From assembly GCA_964490005.1 (NCBI GenBank), contig CAZBBB010000002.1:7299-71298 (forward strand): a DNA stretch of 64,000 bases, given 5' to 3'. Positions 45,579-55,017 of this stretch are shown in pieces; positions within the stretch are counted from its first letter, which is position 1; each line of letters opens with the position of its first letter. The notes beneath the pieces are model-generated. The model was not told the DNA's origin and searched no databases. It saw nothing but the letters and a program-made list of their open reading frames with translations. The DNA is from an uncultured Phycisphaerales bacterium. Lineage in GTDB: Bacteria; Planctomycetota; B15-G4. A program made the translations under genes and the position numbers.

Positions 45579-47561
45579 GTGTCCCTCGTCGTGCGCGGGT
45601 GCGCGTCCGGTCCCGAACCCGGACGTGTGCCGCCGGTCTCCCCGCCGGTCTTGCTGGCAGTCCTGTTGCTCACCTTCGGCGCCTGCGCGCCCGAGGGCGG
45701 TGCGCCGCCTTCGGCGGCGGATGCCGGCAGGCTCGCGCCGACCGTCGTGCTCGTGACCTGGGATACGGTGCGCGCCGATCGCGTCGGCGCCTACGGGGCG
45801 TCCAGCGGCGCGACGCCCCGACTCGACGCCCTCGCGCGGGAGGGCCTGCTCGTCGAGTCGGCGCGCGCGCCGGCGCCGATCACGCTCGTCTCGCACGCCA
45901 GCCTGCTCACGGGGCTGCAGCCGGCGGCGCACGGGGTGCGCGACAACGGCAGCTACCGGCTGGCGGCCGAGCACGTGTCGCTGCCCGAGCGGCTCGCGGC
46001 GGCCGGCTGGCGCACGGGTGCCTTCGTCGGCGCCTTCGTGCTCGACGCCAAGTACGGGCTCGACCAGGGTTTCGAGGTCTACGGCACGCCGGAGTTCCGC
46101 CGGCTGGGGCTGCCGCTGCAGGGCGCCGAGCGGCCCGCCGCGCGGGTGGTCGACGAGGCGCTGGCCTGGGTGGACGGCGTGCGCGCCGACGCGCCGGTCT
46201 TCCTGTGGGCGCACTTCTACGAGCCGCACCTGCCCTACGCGCCGCCCGCGGCGCAGGCGAGCCGCTTCGCCGACCCCTACGACGGCGAACTCGCCGAATG
46301 CGACGAGCAGCTCGGGCGCCTGCTCGAGGGGCTGGACGCGGCGGGGCGCGCCGGCGCGCGGCTCGTGATCGTGACCTCCGACCACGGCGAGGCCTTCGGC
46401 GAACACGGCGAGCAGACGCACGGCGTCTTCGTCTACGACGCCACGCAGCGCGTGCCGCTCGTGCTGCACGGCCGCGGCATCGCGCCCGGGCGCCTCACCG
46501 GACCGGCCTCGCTCGTCGACGTCGCGCCCACCGTGCTCGACTGGGCCGGCCTGCCGCGGCCGCCCGGCGACGGCGTCTCGCTGCTCGGCGGTCGCGCGCT
46601 CGACGTGACGCGCGCGCTGCCCCTCGAGAGCTGGCTGCCCTGGCACGCCCATGGCTGGATGCCGCAGCGGGCGCTGGTGTGGAACGACTACAAGTACGTG
46701 GCGGCGCGCGTCCCCGAGCTGTACGCGCTGCGCGACGATCCCGCCGAGCTGCGCAACCTCTACGCGACGCTGCCGGAGGTCGCGGCCGCCTGCGAACGAC
46801 GGCTGGAGGCGCTGCCCGGAGCGGCCCTGCCGGCGCCCGCGGCCTCCGCGCTGCCCTGGACGGGTGACGACCTCGACCGGCTCGTCGCGCTCGGCTACGT
46901 CTCGGGCGGCGTGCGCGCCGGCGACGCGCTGCAGGCGCCCGATCCGCGCGAGCGCCTGCCGCAACTCGAGGCGCGCGATCGGGCGCTGCGGGCGCTGTGG
47001 GCGGGGCGCGTCCGGCTGGGCCTGACCGGGACGCTCGCGCTCGACGCGGCGCGCGAGGTCGGGGCGGCGCAGCGCGCCGAGGGCCTCGCGCTGGTCGAAG
47101 CGGCCCTGCTCGAACTGCACGCGCTGCGGGCCGAGGCGCCCGACGATCCGGGGCTGCTGGAGTTGATCGGTTTGGCCGAGGTTTCGCGCGGACGATGGGA
47201 GGCCGCCGTCACCGCCTACTCCGAGCATCTGTTGGCGCAGCCGGGCGCGGCGACCTCGCACTTCAACCTGGCGATCAGTCTCGAGCGGCTCGGCGAGACC
47301 GAGGGCGCGCGCGCGCACATGCTGCATGCGCTGCACCTCGAGCCGCGCGCCACGGCGGCGACGCGCTGGATGGCCGAAGCGGAGGCCGAGCGCAACGCGT
47401 GGGGCCACGCGGCCTGGTGGTACGAGCGGCTGCGCGAGGCCGTCGGCGGGGAACTCGACGGCGAACTCGCGCCGCTCGAGGCGCTGCGCAGCGAGGCGCT
47501 GAGCCTGGCCGCCCGCCACGGCCAGGCCGTGGCCGCCCCCGACGACCTGCCCGCAGGCTGA
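45579..47561 (+). CDS. Sulfatase-like (alkaline-phosphatase superfamily) lipoprotein fused to C-terminal TPR repeats.
   Basis: Lipobox LLTFGAC, then VVLVTWDTVRADRVGAYG, PITLVSHASLLTG (Thr/Ser rather than Cys at the nucleophile position) and SDHGEAFGEHG. TPR-like helices fill the last roughly 200 aa. Confidence 0.7.
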   Translation: MSLVVRGCASGPEPGRVPPVSPPVLLAVLLLTFGACAPEGGAPPSAADAGRLAPTVVLVTWDTVRADRVGAYGASSGATPRLDALAREGLLVESARAPAPITLVSHASLLTGLQPAAHGVRDNGSYRLAAEHVSLPERLAAAGWRTGAFVGAFVLDAKYGLDQGFEVYGTPEFRRLGLPLQGAERPAARVVDEALAWVDGVRADAPVFLWAHFYEPHLPYAPPAAQASRFADPYDGELAECDEQLGRLLEGLDAAGRAGARLVIVTSDHGEAFGEHGEQTHGVFVYDATQRVPLVLHGRGIAPGRLTGPASLVDVAPTVLDWAGLPRPPGDGVSLLGGRALDVTRALPLESWLPWHAHGWMPQRALVWNDYKYVAARVPELYALRDDPAELRNLYATLPEVAAACERRLEALPGAALPAPAASALPWTGDDLDRLVALGYVSGGVRAGDALQAPDPRERLPQLEARDRALRALWAGRVRLGLTGTLALDAAREVGAAQRAEGLALVEAALLELHALRAEAPDDPGLLELIGLAEVSRGRWEAAVTAYSEHLLAQPGAATSHFNLAISLERLGETEGARAHMLHALHLEPRATAATRWMAEAEAERNAWGHAAWWYERLREAVGGELDGELAPLEALRSEALSLAARHGQAVAAPDDLPAG

Positions 47562-47585
47562 TCGCGGGGGCGGCGCGACGGCTGC

Positions 47586-49013
47586 TCAGCCCGCCTGCAC
47601 GCGCAGGCCGTTGCTGAGCGAGACGCCCTGGGCGGCCGCGGCGTCGAGGAAGCCCGCCTGCAGGTAGATGCTCAGCCCGGTCAGCAGCGGGTCGGCGATC
47701 AAGACCGGCAGCGAGAGGCTGCCCGCGCCGGCGACGCCCGGCGTGCCGCCCACGGCGATGGGTACCTGCAGCAGCACCGAGCCGAGGTGGAAGGTGCCGC
47801 CCTTGAACGGCAGCGCTCCGCTGCTCAGACCCACGAACAGGATGCCGCTCGCGCCGCCGACGACGTTCTGGATGGCGAGGGTGAAGGGATTGCCGATGTC
47901 GGGGCAGCCGAGCGCGCCGAGCGTGGGCGTGACGCTGCCCTGGCCGGCCAGTCCCGCGCCGTAGGGAATCGCGAAGCCGTCGCAGGCCGGTCCGTTGGTG
48001 TCGGCCTCGACGAGCAGGGCCACGGGCATCAGTCCGAGGCCCCACGGCATCGGCGCCGCCGTCGCGATCGGCAGGCCCCCGCCCGCTTCGCCGGCGCCGA
48101 AGCGACGCAGCGACTGGGGCTGGTTGTAGGCCAGCGCCACGGCGCGCCCCAGACGCGCCGACCAGATCGCGCCCTTGAGGTCGAAGGCGTCGGGGTCGGC
48201 CCAGTCGGCCAGCGTCATGCTCGCGGGCGACAGGGCCCGCAGGCGTGCGTCGGTCGACCACGCCACCGCGTGCGAAGTCGCGACGAGCACGCGGCCGTCG
48301 GGCAGCAGTTCGAGCGAGGTGATGTTCTCCCACGATCCGAGGATCGAGGTGGTGATGCAGGTCACCGGGCCGCTGACGCGCAGGCCGTCGGACGAGAGCG
48401 GGATGCGGAACAGCGACGCGCCGTTCCCTCCGCAGCCCCCGGCCGCCGAATAATCCAGCGTCGTGCTCGCGATGAGCGAGTTCGTGGCGGGGTGGTAGAG
48501 CAGGTGCTCGACCTCCTGCTCGTAGGGCGTGATGCCGTCGGCCTGCTTGAGCGAGACGATCTGGTCGCTCGCGTCGAGGAACTCGATCGGGCGCGGACCC
48601 TGGCCGGCGTTCGAGTGCCGCTGGAAGAACAGTCGGCCGTCGCCGGCGGCGTGCAGGCTGCGCACGACGGTGTCGAGGCCGGCCACCTTGGTGGCGCTGC
48701 CGTCCGCCGCGAGGAACCACAAGCGGTTCTGCCCGGCGAAGTCGGGGTCGAGCGCCACGCAGGCGAAGACGCCGCCGCGATGGGCGTCGAAGCTCATGAG
48801 CCCCGGCACGATGGCGAAGCTCTTGAGGCTCCTGAACACCGCGCTCGCGCCGGTTTCGGGGTCGATGCGGTGCAGGGCCGGGGTCTGCAGGCCCGGCAGC
48901 GTCGAGAGCAGCAGCAGCTCACCGTCGGCGAAGGGCCCGGTCTGGGCGGCGGGTCGGCCGGCGAGCAGCGCGGCGGCCAAGGTCAGGGCGAGGGTCGGAC
49001 GGAAGCGGGACAT
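47586..49013 (-). CDS. Secreted hypothetical protein carrying the shared C-terminal domain.
   Basis: Signal peptide MSRFRPTLALTLAAALLAGRPAAQ. The C-terminus LPFKGGTFHLG ... SLSNGL is homologous to the C-termini of the genes at 1470, 55018 and 57979. Confidence 0.6.
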   Translation of the reverse strand: MSRFRPTLALTLAAALLAGRPAAQTGPFADGELLLLSTLPGLQTPALHRIDPETGASAVFRSLKSFAIVPGLMSFDAHRGGVFACVALDPDFAGQNRLWFLAADGSATKVAGLDTVVRSLHAAGDGRLFFQRHSNAGQGPRPIEFLDASDQIVSLKQADGITPYEQEVEHLLYHPATNSLIASTTLDYSAAGGCGGNGASLFRIPLSSDGLRVSGPVTCITTSILGSWENITSLELLPDGRVLVATSHAVAWSTDARLRALSPASMTLADWADPDAFDLKGAIWSARLGRAVALAYNQPQSLRRFGAGEAGGGLPIATAAPMPWGLGLMPVALLVEADTNGPACDGFAIPYGAGLAGQGSVTPTLGALGCPDIGNPFTLAIQNVVGGASGILFVGLSSGALPFKGGTFHLGSVLLQVPIAVGGTPGVAGAGSLSLPVLIADPLLTGLSIYLQAGFLDAAAAQGVSLSNGLRVQAG

Positions 49014-49167
49014 GCGCGTTCTCTTGCCTTTCAGCGTGGGTGAAGGTCGCGGGGGCCCTCGGAGGCCGCCGGGAGTCGGGTGGCCCGAAGGGCCCTGCGA
49101 TGGTCTGAACCGGAAGCGTGGGCGGGCGTGACGGGGGCAGCCTGTCGCGCGGGCGCAAGCCGCCGCG

Positions 49168-52100
49168 CTACAGCTCGCGGATCGCGATGCTGCGATACGC
49201 GACGCGGTCGCCGTGGTCCTGCAGGGCGATGTGGCCGGTCGGGTTCCTGCCGAAGCGCGGCATCGAAGCGAACTTGCTGTTGGCGACGCGCCGCTCCCAG
49301 TCGGGCGAGAACAGTTCGTACTCGAGCAGCTTCGTTCCGTTGAGCCAGTGCTCGACGTGCGTGCCGCGCACGAGCAGGCGCACGGAGTTCCAGCGGCCCG
49401 GGGCCAGCGTCGTGTCGAGGGCGGGGGCGTGCAGGGCGTAGTTGGCGCCGGCCGAGGTCAGCGCGCTCCTGCCGTCGGCGTGCCGCGCGTTGTCGAGCAC
49501 CTGCATCTCGGGGCCCGTGAGCCAGACGTGGTCTTCGTCCTCGGCGACGCGGAAGAAGATGCCGCTGTTGCCGCCCGGCTCGATCTGCCACTGCAGGCGC
49601 AGCTCGAAATCGGTGAAGCGCTCCTCGCTGACGATGTCGCCGCCGGGGCCGGTGCGCACGAGCGCGCCGTCGATAACCTCCCAGCCGGCGGGCATCGCGG
49701 TCTGCCGGAAGCCGCGCCAGCCGGCCGTGCTCGTGCCGTCGAAGAGCAGCCGCCAGCCTTCGGCGCGCTCGGTTTCGCTGAGCACGTTCGGCGGCGGAGG
49801 CGGCGGCGCGGGCGGCGCGCGCAGCGGGTGCTCGGCCGGGATGCGGTTGAGCGTGTAGAAGGTCTCGGTGGTCCAGAGCGCGCGGCCAGCGTTGTCGCGC
49901 AGCGTGTGCGAGGCGCGCAGATGCACGACGCGGCCGGCGGCGAGGTCGCCGACGTGCAGCTCGATGGCGCGCGCGGCGGGGTCGAAACCGAGCGCCGTGA
50001 CGACGTGTTCGCGCTCGTCGAGCTTCGGGCCGCCGTAGGCGGAGGTCGGCTCGTAGCGCCAGCTCGTCACGCGCCAGTCGTCGGGAGCCAGGCCGGCGGA
50101 CGGATCGATGTCCTGGCTGAACTCGATGCGGAACCCGTCACTGTGCGCGCGCACGACGAGCGGCTCGAAGCACGGCGCGCCGGTGTAGCTCAGTCGCTGC
50201 AGGCCGAAGCGCGCCTTGCCCTGCTGGCCCCAGTTGCCGGTGCTGCCGATGCCGCCGAGATACAGCGCGCCGTCGGGGCCCCACGCGAGGCGATTGATGC
50301 CGGCCTCGAAACCCTGGCTGAACTTGAACACCGTGCCCTGCGGCACGCCCGCGATCTCCTCGACGAAGACGCGAGCCAGGCCGCCGTAGGTCACGTCGCC
50401 GAGCAGCAGTTGCCCGGCCCAGGGGCCGATCGTCAGCGGCACGGGTTGGCTGGGCGAGTTGCCGATCTCGCCCTGCGGCAGCCACGCGACGGGCGGCGTG
50501 ACGGGCAGCGCCGCCGCCGCCTCCCCGAGCACGTCGCGACTGCCATAGAAAGCGCGCGGCTCGACGCGCAGCAGCTTGCTCACCGGCAGCCAGTCGCCCT
50601 GATTGTCGGTGACGTAGACGTGGCCGTCGGCGCCGTGGCCGATGCCGTTGGGCGTGCGCAGGCCGTGTGCGACGAAGTCGAGCTTGCCGTCGTCCGCGAT
50701 GCGCAGCACCGAGCCGCGGCCCGGCACCTGCGGCTGCGTCGAGGCGCCGCCCGGGTCGATCGCGACGGCGAGCGTGGCGAGCAAGGCGCCCTCGTGCCGC
50801 ACCAGGCCGAAGGCGAACTCGTGGAAGTTGCCGGAGGTCTCCCAGCCGGCCGCCACGCAGCGATACGCGTCGGCGACATCGTCGCCGTCGTAGTCGATCA
50901 GTTCGGTGAGTTCCTGCTTCTGCAGCACGAAGATGCGGCCGTCGACGACGCACAGGCCCAAGGGTTCGGCCAGTCCGCGTGCGAAGCGCGTCGCGCGGAT
51001 CGCCTCCGGGTCGCCGCCCTGCACGCCCGAGAGCAACCAGACGGCACCCTCGGCGTCCCAGGTGCTCACGGCCAGGCGCCCGTCGGGCAGGAAGGCCAGC
51101 CCGCCGACCTTCGGCTCGAAGTCCGGCGGGCGGGCCTGCGCCAATTGAAAGGAGGGGTGGACGCCGGCGAGCGGTTCGCCGTCGCCCGGGCGGGTGCGTC
51201 GCAGCGGCCGCACGACGGCCTTGGGGCCCGGCGAGGTCACGCGCACCTCGTCGGCCGTGCAGGAGAGCGCCGAACCCGGCACCACGTCGAAGCGCGCCGC
51301 GCCCGGCGGGCGCCACTGCAGCGCGAGCACCTCGTCGCCGCCGTTCTCGAAGTGCTCGACGTTGAAGGCGTAGCGACCGGCTCCCAGCAGCGCCCAGCCG
51401 TCGAGCGCCGTCGCCGAGTGCAGGCCGTCGTGATCGATGAGCTGCACGCCGCCGAGCCACAGGCGGCTGCCGTCGTCGCTGATGAGCCGGAAGCCGTAGA
51501 CGCCGTCGACGGACGCGTCGAGAAAGCCGCTCGCCAGCGTGAGAAAGCGCGCGTCGTCGCCGCCGCCGGGAAGGGCGAAGTCGTCGCGCGCGCCATCGAG
51601 GTCGAGCTGCGGCACGACCTTGCTGACGTTGGGCGTCTGGCCCGGGACGAGCGGCGAAAGCTGCTCCAGGCCGCCCTCGATCGACCACAGCCGCAGCGCG
51701 ACGCCGGGCTCGCGCGGCCCCGTCTCGCCCGCGAGCGATGGCGTGGGCAGGCCCTCGGCGAGCGGCGGCGGCGGCTCGTCGGGGACGACGGGTACGGGGG
51801 CATCGTCCGGCGCAGGCGCCGCGGGCGGCTCTTCGGCGGGCGGATCGTCGGTCGGCGGAGGAAACGCGATGGCGCGCTGCGCGTCGAACGGCAGGCGCGC
51901 CGTGTCGCGTCCCGCGCCGCGGAACTCGGCCACGAGCTGCAGCGCGCCGTCGCTCGCCTCGTGCACGAGCGCGAGGTCGGGCACGCGCAGCTCGGCCCGG
52001 CGCGCCGTCGTCACGCGCAGCGCCGGCGCGGCCTTCGACCCGGGGGCCGATTCGCCGGCCAGCACCTCCTCGATCTCGACGCGGCCGCCGTCGGGCAGAT

Positions 52101-52554
52101 GCAGCGTGGAGCGCAGCGCGACCTCTCGGCCACGCCGCTCGTGTCCGCGCCAGCTCGCCTTGAGCACGGGCCAGTCGGCGACGGGCAGCCCGCGCTGCAC
52201 GAGGCGCCAGCGCGCGCCCTGGCGCGGGTCGTTCCAGTCGAGGCCGTGCCCGATCGGCTGTGGGCCGTGGCGCGAGGTGTAGACCGGGCCGTCGAGGTCC
52301 ACGCCGCCCGACCAGATGCGCGTCAGCACGCAACTGCCCGTGTCGAAAGCGATCCACACGTCGGGCGCGAAGGCGATCGTGAGCATGCGCGGCCGTCCGT
52401 CGAGCACCGAGCGGAACACGAGCGGCGCCTCGCCGGGCGCCGGAGCCGGCGCCTGCGGCACGCTCTCGTCCTGCGCCGACGCCGCGCCGAGCAGGAGCAA
52501 GGCGAGCAGGGCAGGGCCGACAGCTCGCGCCGCCCGCCAGACGCGGCCGCTCAC
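49168..52554 (-). CDS. Secreted multidomain protein (1128 aa): PA14 domain, sugar-dehydrogenase-like beta-propeller and a C-terminal DUF1080 (3-keto-disaccharide hydrolase family) domain.
   Basis: The real start is GTG at 52554 (VSGRVWRAARAVGPALLALLLLGAASAQ), overlapping the MFS stop (GTGA). PA14: GVYGFRLISDDGSRLWLGGVQLIDHDG ... ENGGDEVLALQWRPPG. DUF1080: GWRLLFDGTSTAGWRGF ... NSGIFFRV ... IALQDHGDRVAYRSIAIREL. Confidence 0.75.
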   Translation of the reverse strand: MSGRVWRAARAVGPALLALLLLGAASAQDESVPQAPAPAPGEAPLVFRSVLDGRPRMLTIAFAPDVWIAFDTGSCVLTRIWSGGVDLDGPVYTSRHGPQPIGHGLDWNDPRQGARWRLVQRGLPVADWPVLKASWRGHERRGREVALRSTLHLPDGGRVEIEEVLAGESAPGSKAAPALRVTTARRAELRVPDLALVHEASDGALQLVAEFRGAGRDTARLPFDAQRAIAFPPPTDDPPAEEPPAAPAPDDAPVPVVPDEPPPPLAEGLPTPSLAGETGPREPGVALRLWSIEGGLEQLSPLVPGQTPNVSKVVPQLDLDGARDDFALPGGGDDARFLTLASGFLDASVDGVYGFRLISDDGSRLWLGGVQLIDHDGLHSATALDGWALLGAGRYAFNVEHFENGGDEVLALQWRPPGAARFDVVPGSALSCTADEVRVTSPGPKAVVRPLRRTRPGDGEPLAGVHPSFQLAQARPPDFEPKVGGLAFLPDGRLAVSTWDAEGAVWLLSGVQGGDPEAIRATRFARGLAEPLGLCVVDGRIFVLQKQELTELIDYDGDDVADAYRCVAAGWETSGNFHEFAFGLVRHEGALLATLAVAIDPGGASTQPQVPGRGSVLRIADDGKLDFVAHGLRTPNGIGHGADGHVYVTDNQGDWLPVSKLLRVEPRAFYGSRDVLGEAAAALPVTPPVAWLPQGEIGNSPSQPVPLTIGPWAGQLLLGDVTYGGLARVFVEEIAGVPQGTVFKFSQGFEAGINRLAWGPDGALYLGGIGSTGNWGQQGKARFGLQRLSYTGAPCFEPLVVRAHSDGFRIEFSQDIDPSAGLAPDDWRVTSWRYEPTSAYGGPKLDEREHVVTALGFDPAARAIELHVGDLAAGRVVHLRASHTLRDNAGRALWTTETFYTLNRIPAEHPLRAPPAPPPPPPNVLSETERAEGWRLLFDGTSTAGWRGFRQTAMPAGWEVIDGALVRTGPGGDIVSEERFTDFELRLQWQIEPGGNSGIFFRVAEDEDHVWLTGPEMQVLDNARHADGRSALTSAGANYALHAPALDTTLAPGRWNSVRLLVRGTHVEHWLNGTKLLEYELFSPDWERRVANSKFASMPRFGRNPTGHIALQDHGDRVAYRSIAIREL

Positions 52555-53855
52555 GGCGCCCCTTGGCGCGCCGTCTCGTGGCGGCCGCCCCGGTACGTCA
52601 GCGCGACGATGAGCAGGCAGGCCAGCGCGATCCACATCGGCACGCCGAAGAGCACGCGCGTGTGGCCCGGGTCGGCGTAGTCGAGGGCCGGCGCCGCGCC
52701 GCGCGCCTGGTCGGCGACCCAGCCGGCGAACTTGCTGCCGACGATGATGCCGATGCCCACGAGCACGACGTTGTACAGGCTCTGCGCCGAGGCGCGCACG
52801 TCGGCGGGGCACTCCTCGTCGACGATCATGAAGGCGACGAAGACGAAGCAGCCGAAGCACAGCCCGTGCAGGGCGACGCCGGCGACGAGGGCGGCGATCG
52901 GCTCGACCGGCAGCGCGTCGACGTAGGCGAAGAGCGCCATGCGCAGGGCGTAGGCGGCGAGGCCCACGAGCAGCAGCGTCTTGCGCGACAGCCCGCGCGC
53001 GACGAACGGGATGAGCGCCAGCACGCCGATCTCGACCATCTGGCCGATCGTCATCAGGCCGCCGCCGCCGACGCCCAGCACCGAGTTGATCGCCTGCACG
53101 GCGCCCTCCGCGCGCGTCTGGTAGACCGACAGGAAGCCCGCCGTGTGCACGAAGTAGAACTGGTGCACGCACGAGACCGGGATCGAGACCAGGAACAGCG
53201 TGAGCAGCGGGTTCCTGCTCACCGCGCCGAGCGCCTTGAAGGCGGCGTTGTCGCCCGCCGCGCCGGACGGCGGCGTGTGGGGGAGCATCCAGCACAGCCC
53301 GGCCATGACGAGGCCGAGGGCCGCGGAGAGCCGGAAGGCGTCGGCGCGCCCGGCGGCCTGCGCGGCGAGCACCTCGGCCTCGCCGCCGTGGGCGGGCGTC
53401 CAGTGGTGCAGCAGCCATTGGCCGACGGCGATGCCGACCGCGATCCAGCCGATCGTGCCCCACAGGCGCACCGGCCCGAACTCGCGGTCGCGGTCGCGCA
53501 GGTGGTGGAAGGCCAGCGAGTTGGTCAGCGACAGCGTCGGCGCGTAGACGATCGAGTAGGCCAGGCTGAAGCCGAGAAAGCCGGCGTAGCTGTCGATGCG
53601 CGCGAGATTCCAGACCAGCAGCGCGCCGACGAGGTGGCTGGCGGCGAGGAAGCGCTGCGTGGCGAAGGTCCGGTCGGCGAGCTGCCCCGCGATGAAGGGC
53701 GCGAGCAGCGCGCCGATCGCGCCGACCGCGAAGATGTTGCCGATCTGCTCGGGGCTGAACTGCAGGTGTCCGGCCAGATACGGCCACAGGATCGGCAGCC
53801 ACGCGCCCCAGATCGCGTACTGCAGGAACATCATCGCCGAGAGCGCGGTGCGCAC
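52551..53855 (-). CDS. MFS transporter, nucleoside:H+ symporter (NupG/XapB-like) family.
   Basis: LSAMMFLQYAIWGAWLPILWPYL is typical of the family N-terminus. About 12 TM helices. The start is uncertain: GTG at 53855, or Met at 53834 or 53831. The upstream 114 codons of the track ORF are Arg-rich junk. Confidence 0.75.
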   Translation of the reverse strand: MRTALSAMMFLQYAIWGAWLPILWPYLAGHLQFSPEQIGNIFAVGAIGALLAPFIAGQLADRTFATQRFLAASHLVGALLVWNLARIDSYAGFLGFSLAYSIVYAPTLSLTNSLAFHHLRDRDREFGPVRLWGTIGWIAVGIAVGQWLLHHWTPAHGGEAEVLAAQAAGRADAFRLSAALGLVMAGLCWMLPHTPPSGAAGDNAAFKALGAVSRNPLLTLFLVSIPVSCVHQFYFVHTAGFLSVYQTRAEGAVQAINSVLGVGGGGLMTIGQMVEIGVLALIPFVARGLSRKTLLLVGLAAYALRMALFAYVDALPVEPIAALVAGVALHGLCFGCFVFVAFMIVDEECPADVRASAQSLYNVVLVGIGIIVGSKFAGWVADQARGAAPALDYADPGHTRVLFGVPMWIALACLLIVALTYRGGRHETARQGAP

Positions 53856-53905
53856 GCCGGCGGGCGTGCGCTCGCCGTCGCCCTCGAGCGCCGCCAGCTC
53901 GGCGC

Positions 53906-54958
53906 TCAACCGCGGCCTTCCGAGAAGGCCGCATCGAAGGCCCGCCCGCTGGTCGCGAAGTCGAGCCGGCGCACGAAGGCGCAGGCCTCGGCGGCGCCGG
54001 CCTCGCGGTCCATCATCGGGTCCTCCCACTCGACCGTGAGCGGCCCGGCGTAGCCGCCGTGATTGAGCTGCCGCACGAGCGCCTCGAAGTCGAGGCTGCC
54101 GCGGCCGGGCGAGCGGAAATCCCACACGCGGCCGTCGGCGCCGAAGGGCGCGTGCCCGCCGAAGACGCCGGCTTCGCGCGGGCGATCCGACCACCACACG
54201 TCCTTCATGTGCACGTTGAGGATGCGCGGCCCGAACTCGCGCAGGAAGGCGAGGTGGTCGACGCCCTGGTAGCCGAAGTGGCTGGGGTCGAAGTTGAAGC
54301 CGAAGTGCGCGTGGTGGCCGACGGCGGCGAGCGCGCGGCGCGTGCTGGCGATGTCGAAGGCGATCTCGGTGGGGTGCACTTCGAGCGCGAAGTGCACGCC
54401 CTCCTTTTTGTACGCGTCGAGGATCGGCAGAAAGCGGCGGCCGAAGTCGGCGTAGCCCTCTTCGATGGCTCCGGGCGGCGGCGGCGGGAAGGCGTAGACA
54501 TACGTCCAGATCGAGCTGCCGGTGAAGCCGTTCACGACGGTCTTGCCGGTGCGCGAGAGCAGCGCCTTCACGGGGCCGGGCGCCGCGTCGAAGAAGCGGC
54601 GCGTGGCCTTCGCCGTGTCGATCAGCTCCTGCGCCGCACGGCGCGCCACGCCCTCGGGCTGGCCGTCGCCCCAGATGCGTTCGGGGAGGATCGCCTTGTG
54701 GCGCTCATCGATGCGGTCGCAGACCGCCTGCCCGACGAGGTGATTGCTGACGGCGTAGGCGCCGAGGCCGTGGTCGCCGAGCAACTCCCATTGCCGCTTG
54801 GCCCAGCCCTTGTCCGCGAGCGCCGCCGGCACGTCGAAGTGATCGCCCCAGCAGGCCAGCTCGAGCCCGTCGTAGCCGAAACCCTTGGCCTTCTTCGCGA
54901 TCGTCTCGAGCGGCAGGTCGGCCCACTGGCCGGTGAACAGGCAGACGGGACGGGGCAT
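53906..54958 (-). CDS. Sugar phosphate isomerase/epimerase (xylose-isomerase-like TIM barrel).
   Basis: [43 protein letters not shown] ... [13 protein letters not shown] ... NVHMKD are typical of the AP_endonuc_2 family. Confidence 0.8.
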   Translation of the reverse strand: MPRPVCLFTGQWADLPLETIAKKAKGFGYDGLELACWGDHFDVPAALADKGWAKRQWELLGDHGLGAYAVSNHLVGQAVCDRIDERHKAILPERIWGDGQPEGVARRAAQELIDTAKATRRFFDAAPGPVKALLSRTGKTVVNGFTGSSIWTYVYAFPPPPPGAIEEGYADFGRRFLPILDAYKKEGVHFALEVHPTEIAFDIASTRRALAAVGHHAHFGFNFDPSHFGYQGVDHLAFLREFGPRILNVHMKDVWWSDRPREAGVFGGHAPFGADGRVWDFRSPGRGSLDFEALVRQLNHGGYAGPLTVEWEDPMMDREAGAAEACAFVRRLDFATSGRAFDAAFSEGRG

Positions 54959-55017
54959 GGCGCGGCTCCGACGGCGAGGCCGCGCAGGATAGCGAAACGC
55001 GTGTAGGATGCCGAACC

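Noticed and set aside
52555-53934. N-terminal 460 codons of track ORF 49168..53934 (which would make a 1588-aa protein).
   Set aside because: This part is Arg-rich junk read out of frame across the MFS gene on the same strand. A GTG at 52554 followed by a signal peptide, overlapping the MFS stop, is the sensible start.
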